From Lytechinus pictus (lineage: Eukaryota): a stretch of 64,000 nucleotides of DNA. The position numbers were made by a program, and so were the translations under genes. Positions within the stretch are counted from its first letter, which is position 1. Each line of letters begins with the position of its first letter. Location of the stretch: the NCBI RefSeq assembly GCF_037042905.1, contig NC_087252.1, positions 15,564,001 to 15,628,000 on the forward strand. Reading direction: 5' to 3'. A model generated the notes under the pieces. That model saw only the letters and a list, made by a program, of their open reading frames with translations. It ran no database searches and was not told the origin of the DNA. Positions 54,831 through 64,000 of this stretch are shown one piece after another.

Positions 54831-55599
54831 TATATAATATACAATATATATATATATCATGATTATGATGATTATAAATATAGCAAAGACAATCACCTAC
54901 AATTCCTTCCAACAAATATATGAACCATTCTCTTTTCTCTCTCTCTCTCTCTTTATTTTTTTTTTCATTTGCTGCCTGGTTGAAATGGATATTTTATCAA
55001 ATTCTCTTGCCATCTTCAAAAACTCAGGTAAGTGAAAATATGCATGTGTCTAGCTGGTACTATTGATTGGTCATTAAGTTCACAAATGTCGGGGGCCGAT
55101 ATTAATTTCTCAAGACATTGCTGTTGCTATCATCGCCATACCTAAATAAAGTTAATAGACCTTTCAAACTTTTTCATATAAAAAAGAATATATATACACA
55201 TACAGATATATTTTTATTGACACTGATTGAACTTTGAAGTAATTTTCAAGTAATATCATAAATAGAACACATTTCGACTCTGTATCCTCAACACTGAAAA
55301 TGTTTGAGGGCATGCACATTCATCTAATGTAGTAATTAAGTGAAATAGTGACATGCACTTTTTAAGGAGATACCAAAACTTGACACAGGCTCTAGGCTTT
55401 TAAAAATAGGAAAATAACCAGGCACGGGCTTGAATGGCAACATCTTCTCACGATCTCCCTTTTTAATTTGAAAGTTTTAAACAGGCATGGATGTTCCTTT
55501 CCACCCCTTTGCTCCGCTGAATAAAAAACACTTCCTTCGAAAGGAATGGTGTTGTTTTCTTGCCGAAGGGGGTTAACGCAATGCACCAGGCAGCCTGCC

Positions 55600-56040
55600 T
55601 ACCTCTCTCTTTCTCTTTCTCTCTGTTTCCCTCTCTGTATTTCAGTATTTATGTGTCTTTCTATCCATTCGCCTGTACTTCGATGTTTTTCTCTCTCTCT
55701 CCCCCTCTCTCTGTCTCTGTATTTCAGTATTTATGTGTCTTTCTATCCATTCGCCTGTTCTTCGATGTTTTTCTCTCTCTCCCCCTCTCTCTGTCTCTGT
55801 ATTTCAGTATTTATGTGTCTTTCTATCCATTTGCCTGAACTTCGATGTTTTTCTCTCTCTCCCCCTCTCTCTGTCTGTCTCTGTATTTCAGTATTCATGT
55901 GTCTTTCGATCAAACAACCTGTACTTCTACGATTTTTCTGTCTGTGTGTCTGTTTCTGTCTCTCTCTGTATTTCAGTATTTATTTGTCTTTCGATCCAAC
56001 AACCTGTACTTCTCTGTTTCTCCCTCTCTATCTCATCTCT
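55600..56040. repeat. Tandem repeat of 5 units, about 80-85 bp each
   Basis: ctctgtatttcagtatt starts at 55633, 55715, 55795, 55879 and 55964; each unit ends in a variable CT tract. Confidence 0.92.
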
Positions 56041-57290
56041 GTTATAAGTGTATGATATATTGTATTTTTCATCCATCCAAACGTAGTGTATGTGCATGTC
56101 TTTCTGCCCGCCTATCTCCCACTCTATCTTTTCTTTGTGAAAGTTCTCATTTTGTATTACATGGTAAATCTGCACCATGATAATATGCATCAAAGACATG
56201 ACAATGTCGATACTGGGAGCCATCAATACAGCCAGTAGATTTTTAAATTGAAAATGAATTCAAAATAAAATTTGAAATGTTAAAATTGATCACGATTAAA
56301 CCCTTACAGAGAGATCATGATTTTCGTATTCTCAAAGAAAAAAAAAAAACCCACCCAAATATTTGACATATTGAATGAGATTATAAAGAGAAGACTCTTA
56401 ATCTATTTTCATGTTTTCAATATTTTATTTCTCCAAAGTGATGTTAATCCTTTGCACTTTTTCAAAATTAACTTCCCCCAAAACTGAGTCAAAGATATCA
56501 CATATTACTGTACATTATACATATGAATTGGTTAAATTGATGACATGTATATAACTGAGAATAAAGTCATTCTATTATTATACATGTTTATTAAAAAAAT
56601 GCATTAAAAGCAATAAAAACAAAATCACTGACCCACAGGTTAGTAATAATCATTAGCCTTTTGACCTGTATGTAAAATGACATTTTCTTGTTTTATTATC
56701 AAAGTATGAGGCCACATACCGTTACTTTGTGTGTGTACAGGTCGTCTACTAAAGAACAAATCTAAACCGTATAATATAATCCCTTTTCTATCCGTAGTCC
56801 ACGGGCGTAGTTTCAAATTTCGTCCGACCTGTATTGATGTTTTTCTCTGTGGTGGAATCAAATGCCTCTTTTATTGGGGGATTTTCGAAACTTTACTGCT
56901 CTGAGTTGATCATGTGTAGTGCTCCTTGAACATTAAAGGTCCATGATATCAGAAAGCTTTTAACGAACCCAAATGTTGAATATAATATGAACCGATCCAC
57001 TGCTGAGTAAAAAGTCCCGATTGATTCAGTTTGTATGCAATTTTGGTTCAACCGGCAGTTGGTAGGTGCATGTTTTAACCAACTTCTTGGTTGGATGAAA
57101 AAAAATTGAGAAAGCATGAGCTTTACCCGAGAATCTACATGTAGATGAATTCAAATGTCGTACTTTGCACATATGATTTTATATAGTGTTATTCATTTAT
57201 CTATTACTCTATTCAAGACTCAATGGCATTCTCAAGAACATATGACTTGATGTTTATATTGCTTGTCACATCTGAATATTCATCTGTTTT

Positions 57291-57650
57291 ATATATATAT
57301 ATATATATGATTATGATAAACCATTATGATATAAACTATTATGATGCGAATTAATTAAATATATATATATATATATATATTTAATTAATTCGCATCATAT
57401 ATATATTTAATTAATTCGCATCATAATAGTTTATATCATATAATATATATATATATTTAATTAATTCGCATCATAATAGTTTATATCATAATGGTTTATC
57501 ATAATCATTTATATGATAATGACTTATATCGTAATGGGTTATATCTTAATGGTTTACATAATGTTCCATATCATAAGGGATTATATCATATTGGTTTATA
57601 TCATTATTTTATTGCAATGGTTTGTATCATTATGGTATATATCATAATGG
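57291..57650. repeat. AT-rich palindrome with (AT)n spacers, followed by a degenerate tatatcataatggtt array of about 15 bp units
   Basis: 57307-57360 is the exact reverse complement of 57455-57508. Confidence 0.92.
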
Positions 57651-58401
57651 TTCTACAAGATTAACCTAAACAAAACATCAACCCAGCATCACAAACTACT
57701 GTTGAGTTTCAGATTCAAACTAATTTCTTAGATACTTTTATCTTAACATAAAAGATATAGGCCTAATTATCAAAGCTTTCTTCGAAATTGTGAACTATAT
57801 TTCATCATTTTTAAAATCCTGTTCTTATCACCAGCTTTGTAGTCATAATGTACCTCCTTAGAACATGAATAGATTAAATTGATATAGGGTTGTATAAATC
57901 AAGGTAATCTTTGCGTAAAAAAATAAATTTCACCCATATCTCAAATTATCATTTTTTTTATTCATTGACTGGGAGCAATCATGACCAGCTTTCATGTCTT
58001 AGAAATTATACTGAAGGGATATAATCGAATGAGTATAATTCAAAATTACAAAGATAGTTGTTTATTCTCTAGTAATTGAGTTATCAAGGATAATGGTGAG
58101 CTTTAATTTAACCCTGAGGTGAAGTCTAAGGCTTGGGAGTGCTATTAAGACTCAATCTTGTAATTTGAGATATTTCCTTTTTATTTCCCAGTCCCCCAGA
58201 GAGTCAATGAACTAGAACGAGCGGTATTAGGCTGTGTTTATGCGCACCGTTTTCAGCCCCAAATCACGCTTTTGTTGAGCGTTTAGTCCAAGAAGTTTTG
58301 CCCGTCTTTGTAAGAGAAGGATGATCAGCTTCAGTCCCAAAGTTGTGGGTTTTTTTTCAATTTTATTCAAGCATTGATCATAAACTAAATTGGTGATTTG
58401 T

Positions 58402-58530
58402 AAAGAAAACAATGAATGCATGAATATACATCATATCTTGAAAATATTTTGAACAAACATGCTGTTTAGATGTTGACATTGCTGGCTTTCCATAGTTGTG
58501 GTCCATTGGATCTCTTTGTGAGATGGGGCC
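58402..58530. mobile_element. Older, left-truncated copy of MITE family C
   Basis: aagaaaacaatgaatgcatgaatatacatcata...gctggctttccatagttg is duplicated in 58534-58807. Confidence 0.75.
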
Positions 58531-58533
58531 CAG

Positions 58534-58807
58534 GGGCCTGTCTTAAAAAGAGTTACGATTGATCCAATCAATCGTAACTCTATGGAAATCCATCAGTGTC
58601 ATAATTTTTTCTATAGGAAATTTGCACAATGTCCTACATGTATGTAAACAAAGAGAAGCACATTGAATATTCAAGAAAACAATGAATGCATGAATATACA
58701 TCATAGTTAGAAAATATATTGAACAAACATGAATAATACATGTTGACTTTGCTGGCTTTCCATAGTTGCAATTGATCGGATCAATCACAACTCTTTGTAA
58801 GACGGCC
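58534..58807. mobile_element. Harbinger-like MITE family C, complete
   Basis: TIRs gtctta.aaagagtt..gattgatcc.atcaat / attgatcggatcaatc..aactctttgtaagac, with CAG/CTG flanks. Confidence 0.85.
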
Positions 58808-59699
58808 CTGATATTCTCTGACTGGGGAAATATATTCTATTCTACCCCAATCAGGCTCTATTCAAGCCTTGAATTTAGCATAGAATTAGAATAATTTAGA
58901 CCAACAACTCTGAGTACTTTGAAATGATTGAAACGAGATTGCTTAGGTAAGCAGAAAAACATCACTGTTATAAATGTGACAAACACATTGTGTTATTGAT
59001 GTAAGATTATTTTTTTTCTTCAAAAAAGTCTGAGAAAAAGCAAAACAGAAACAAATTTAGCCACATCATACCTTTATCAATAAAGTACAGTTGTACTTTG
59101 TTAAAGGTCAAATTTTGCAATATCTCCTCCATCAAAGTACAAATACTCAATTCATTTTACCTTTTCTTTCGGTCTATATATTCATAACATTGGGGTCAGC
59201 CGTAGAGAAAAAGAATGGATCGACGACGAGAAGGGCTGGATGTGTGGGTGAAAAGTGAACAATTTGGGTATTCTTTGCACTTCCGCCCAAAACACAAGAA
59301 TAAGCGTCACGTCGGCACTCGTTGTTATTGTGCTGTAAATGAATTGGAGGCAGAGGCGTGTGAAAGAATGAATGAATGAACGCATTAGAGCAAATAATTT
59401 GATGTTTAGTTGTTGACAAGTGTTCTAATACACTACTTAATAGATGTCTACGTCGTCATCGCTGTTTGGGTTTTTTGTCACAGTGCTCTCGTTCAAACCA
59501 GAATACAGTATAGCAGCCTGTGTGAAGGGCTCAAGATATTCTTGATGAAAAGTTTTTGCTCATAGAAAACCTTTTTTACCGATTAATTTGTTGAAGTACT
59601 TGAATGGTACTAAAAGAGGATTAAGGCAAATATATTAAATTCTTCATCATAATTTGTTTTAGTCAGCATTTTCTCTCTTGAAATAAGTTTCCACTTTGG

Positions 59700-60060
59700 G
59701 TCTTGTGTCTCCCCTTCTGACTCCCTCCCCTTTCTTTTTTTCTTATTTGTCTCCCTCTATGCCCTGCAGAGGATAACTTTCTTCTTTTATTTTAATTTTC
59801 TCTCCCTCTCTCTCCCTATCTTTCTTCCTGCCCTTCTTTCCAACTTTTTTGCCTATCTTTCTCCCCTCTCTCTCTCTTTCTCTCCTTCCATATTCTACTT
59901 TCATATTCATCTTTCCAAATCTTCCTGTCTTTATCCCTTCACTCTCTCTCTCTCTACCTCGCTCTCTCACTCTTTATCTTATCTTTCCACCCCCTCTGCC
60001 TATCATTCTCCCTTCTTTCTCCCTCTCTCTTTCTCTTCCTTCCTCCCTTCCTCTCTCAGT
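59700..60060. repeat. Pyrimidine-rich low-complexity tract
   Basis: Seen directly. Confidence 0.9.
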
Positions 60061-60089
60061 CCATCCCTCGCATTTGTTTACCCCCTTAC

Positions 60090-60210
60090 ATGCCACTGTT
60101 CATCTTGTAGCCCTCATTCTCCTCCAATGCCATCCCTGGATCCCAGGGCCAGCCAGCATCATCCAGCGGCTTCCATCAAAGATCTCGTAGAAATTGTGCT
60201 ACTGCAAGAT
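60090..60210 (-). other. Candidate 121-nt internal exon, non-coding or UTR
   Basis: Acceptor tttgtcttcaattgcAG (60212-60211) and donor cat|GTAAGG (60089) bracket a GC-richer unique block. All frames read from the acceptor contain stops. Confidence 0.25.
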
Positions 60211-60989
60211 CTGCAATTGAAGACAAATTTATGATGACGTACTTGATTGAATTAGGCAGAAATATGTCAACTCTCTCTTCCTTGAAGCCTGAGACGATAA
60301 TGTTCAGTATTTGCAGTTGTAGGACTATAATTTAAATGGCGAATATGTTCATAAAAATTACAATGTCATTCACTGCAAAAACAGTCGTGTTTACAGAACA
60401 CCGTGCCAAATGTTATGTACCAGAGTGTTATAGTTGTGGTAATCATTTGAAAATTCAAAATGAGTTAAGAATCCAATAAAATGTCTTCCCAGAGTGTCTG
60501 TTTATATGAAAAAGAAAATATGTGCCTAAGGATTCTATGAGAAATCCTGTAAACTGTTGAGAAATTAGCTTGGGATTTGAGTCATATGTTGGAGTATTGT
60601 TTCAAGGTTTCAGCATCACAATCCAGTTTATGTAACTTTAGCAGATCTAGATCTACAACAGAATTTCTCATGAAATAAAAGTTTACTGCAACTACTTTAA
60701 TGTTTAGCCTTATGGTGTCAGCTCTATATCCACTGGTGTAATAACACAAAATGTGTTTTTAATATCGTAATACTACTACTTTAGTATTATTGGGTGTGAT
60801 GTTAAGTGTAATTTAACACCTGAGTGTGTAATCCTCACAGAACTTCAGAAGGCAGGCTGATGTAGTTCTTAACCCATTGCTTACCAGAACTGGGTGCTCC
60901 CTGTACAAAGTCTATGAGAATTACAGAATCCCATTGGTCCATAGGTTGCAACTCTTAGTTTTTTCGTTTTATACACATATCCAATCCAT

Positions 60990-61370
60990 CTAGCATCAAG
61001 TGAATTAAAAATCAAGAATATGTAACTTTACGTAACATGAAATTAAGAATACATAGCTTTATGAGAATGGTCATATACATGTATATTGTGTAACCTATTT
61101 TGATTTGATGAGTCTCCTTGTCAAGTATGCGAAAAATGGAATATTATAATGAAATACACAAGAAATTGTAAGTGAGGGACATTGACTCTCATTTTCATAT
61201 CACATGTGGTGTGCATATGCTTTTCATGTACACCCTAAAATAAGCGATCGAAATATCAAAATGTAATATTTTCTTATTTCACATCTGATTTGAATTAAAT
61301 TTCAGCATTAAGCTTGTTTTATTTTCCCCTTTTCATTCAAATAAACTTTCCGTTGGGGTGGACTTGTCCT
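60990..61370. mobile_element. Degenerate Kolobok-like MITE, right end intact
   Basis: Ends ttggggtggacttgtcct|TTAA. Confidence 0.5.
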
Positions 61371-62177
61371 TTAAACATTTACTAAAGCCTTAGACAGGCT
61401 TCAAGAAATCATTAGCTTGTTGACTACATGTATATATTGCATTCTCATTCTTTCAATGTTGAATGTTGTATAAAATTGCTGTATGCTTGATTATTGCTTC
61501 TCCAGTTGATGTATAAACTGGAGTCAACTACACAATTGATTTATTGCCATTTGATTCAAATGCTGGCTGCCTGGTACAGTTTGAGATTTTATTTATTACC
61601 CTTTTATGTCAGACATGGGACTATTTTGTGTCCTTTCCTCTTCATACAAATCAATTTAGCATCCCGCCAAGGACAATGTATCCTCTATATACATACCTCC
61701 TCCACAAGTGTTTGAATGTTTTTTGTGTCTCGTAGATGCCTTGTATGTAATATGACATAGAAGTTTCTTGTCTGCCTACATTTGAAATAGTTATCATGAT
61801 GTAATGTTTACCTATCTTTTATATTTTTGACTATCTTGGCAATAATTCTTTTATTTTGTATCTGAAATTGTTCACACTTTTTTCTCCCATACAGGTTTAT
61901 GTGCCCCAAACCTATTCTTATATTGATTATGTGATAGGACAAATTTTCAACATTAGTAATACATGGTTTTGTACAATCGCTTTGTTTGCCTGACTTTAAT
62001 GGTTTGATGATGATGTTATAAAGAGTTTTGTATATTCTCTAATAGAGGTAGGCCCTACTCATGTTTTTAAACCAAAATAAGCATTATTATCAATGAAAGA
62101 TCAAGTCAAAATTTTGTTGAAATTAGAGAAAAGTTAAGACTCTTACTTAAGAAACAAAAAAGAATAATCCATCCTGT

Positions 62178-62375
62178 TCACCTCACCCCTCCCCTAACCC
62201 CTTTACCCCTTCCTGTTCCCCTCCCTCTCCCCTCCCCCTCTCCTCTACATATCCCACCCCCATCCCATTTCTTCACCACCCCTCCCTTTCCTGTTTCCCC
62301 TCCACCTCCACCCCCCTGTCTACACCCCTCCATCCCTCCCCTCCCCAATCCCGCAAGCCACCACCCCTCCCCCAC
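62178..62375. repeat. C-rich low-complexity tract with G-quadruplex potential on the minus strand
   Basis: Many runs of three or more C separated by short spacers. Confidence 0.8.
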
Positions 62376-62595
62376 ATTAACTTGTCACCTTGGGAAGTTA
62401 TGTTATCATATGTTTTATCCATCAAACTTTTGTCACAAGGTTGTTACCATACATGTTCTGTGTCATGCGAGACTGACCTTGCTTCTTACACTTTCAGCTT
62501 GCACTGAAACAAGTGGTCTCGGACAAACTTCCACAAACAGAAGTTTCAATACTTGTTTTTTGTGTGTGGAATTTGGTCTGAAAAAGATTTTATGA

Positions 62596-62997
62596 TACCC
62601 CTTTCATAAATCCAATAAAACCTATCCTCCAATTAGCCGCCTATAAAAGTAATGCGGATAATTCAATAAAAATTGCGTTCACAAACTCCGAAAATTATCC
62701 GCATTATTTTTATGAGCGCCCGTCCTGAAAAAGACGGATCATCGTCATGACAACTGGACACGCCCCCTCCGATGCGGTTGTGTTGGAAAAGGGTGACCTT
62801 GTGACCGCACCATGGCAATTATCCGCATTATTTGGAAATACGTTCATAAACTCAAAATCTTGTCCCGATGCCGCTATTATGCGGATAATAGCAGCATCAG
62901 AATAATGCGGATAACTCTTGTCCTCCTCTGATTTTATGACCAAATTATGCTGCTATTAGCCGTATAATTGGGTTTTATTGGGTTTATGAAAGGGGTA
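62596..62997. mobile_element. PIF/Harbinger-type MITE
   Basis: 27-bp TIR tacccctttcataaa.ccaataaaacc with TGA/TAA flanks, and internal taatgcggataa / ttatccgcatta motifs. Confidence 0.87.
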
Positions 62998-63193
62998 TAA
63001 ATTTGAAGGGGAAGACCAAGGGGGAGGGGTTGGGTGGGGGGCATTCAAATTATATTTTGATGGGGGTGTGCATCACGAAACCCTGAAATGGGGGTTTAAG
63101 GAACTGACCACAAGGGTTAAATACGGGGTCTTGGGAACGAATTATATACTGGGCGGTGTGAAAAACAGGGTCTATGGAACGAACAGGATCAGT

Positions 63194-63668
63194 GTTCACC
63201 CTGACAATAAGTTGGTTTCAATAAAAGCAGGAAAATTTGAGAAAAATATTTGTGAAGGTTAGATGAAAATCCATCTATTTAGAAGAGATTTATGAATCTG
63301 TTAGCCGGTTAATAATGTGATGTCATATGCAAGCAGCTCCCACATGTATCGTGTAATATGAATTATATGAATTCCAAGTTTGATGATGAATGGATTTTTT
63401 TTTGTATTAGAAGGAATATGAAATAATGTGTCCACTGATATAAGCCCCACACAAGTAAAATATCTCCTTTTTTTTAAAGAAAATGGCATTTAAAAAAATT
63501 GTATCATACATTTGGGGGAGCTGCTCATTTGTGATGTCACAAAATCAAAACTCTGAAAATTCATGTTATTGTTTGAATAATTTTAATCAAACCTTCATCA
63601 ATATTTTCTCTATTTTTCTGTTTGTAACTTGTATAATTTATACCAACCTATCAGGGTGAACTCTCCCT
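63194..63668. mobile_element. Kolobok-like MITE with the extreme left end lost
   Basis: gttcaccctga...gttggt / accaacct.tcagggtgaactctccct|TTAA; inner IR tgaaggtt.gat / atcaaaccttca. Confidence 0.7.
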
Positions 63669-64000
63669 TTAATTGCTCTCCTGGCCCCAAATAAGTAGAA
63701 AACACAATGCATGCAGATTGATAAAAAGACATTGACTCAGGATCCTTTTGAATCTCAACTGTGTGAAGTAAAACATTGATGAATGTAATGAAATATGTCT
63801 GGTCATTATCGGATGACCTCCGACTGCTTGACCAATGTGTGTGGCCCAAGACATATGGACACATGTGGACAAAGAAGGCTACATTTAGCACCATATAGAA
63901 TGACATGGGCCATGTAATGGCACATGAACAAGATCCGTTTCCTCTTCTCACATTTCAATGTTTATCGTATACCAATTCTCTTTGTCATGCCAAGATCTTG

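Noticed and set aside
54535..56226. ORFs of 84-169 aa over the GAT repeat and the 80-bp tandem array
   Set aside because: Repeat-derived, low-complexity translations in multiple frames.
63840..63915. TAGCACCAT, a miR-29-family-like 5' end, with partial upstream complementarity
   Set aside because: The remainder diverges from miR-29, and the putative 5' arm has a large unpaired insertion, so it does not form a proper precursor hairpin.

Overview
AT-rich animal genomic DNA, not prokaryotic. The repeat families look like those of sea urchins or other invertebrate deuterostomes, but that assignment is inference. I find no confidently identifiable host protein-coding gene. The long ORFs in the track are microsatellite or low-complexity artefacts, and the only recognisable protein remnant is the C-terminal end of an RTE-clade LINE at about 25.2-25.4 kb. 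The window is dense in non-autonomous DNA transposons (Harbinger-like with CWG or TWA targets, Kolobok-like with TTAA, hAT-like, EnSpm-like, and one Helentron-associated element), several of them nested. It also holds tRNA-derived SINEs and simple repeats. Short unique, CpG-richer islands lie between the repeats and resemble cis-regulatory modules. The best non-repeat signal is a candidate minus-strand terminal exon, with a splice acceptor at 18859-18860 and a well-formed poly(A) site near 13250-13266. It carries a 52-56 codon ORF ending in a G_GGA_AAC slippery heptamer. Other oddities are a laddered AT-rich palindrome at 57.3-57.5 kb and a pre-miRNA-like hairpin at 62.5 kb. There is no CRISPR array, operon or clearly novel multi-gene system. 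All family assignments are by eye and need database confirmation.
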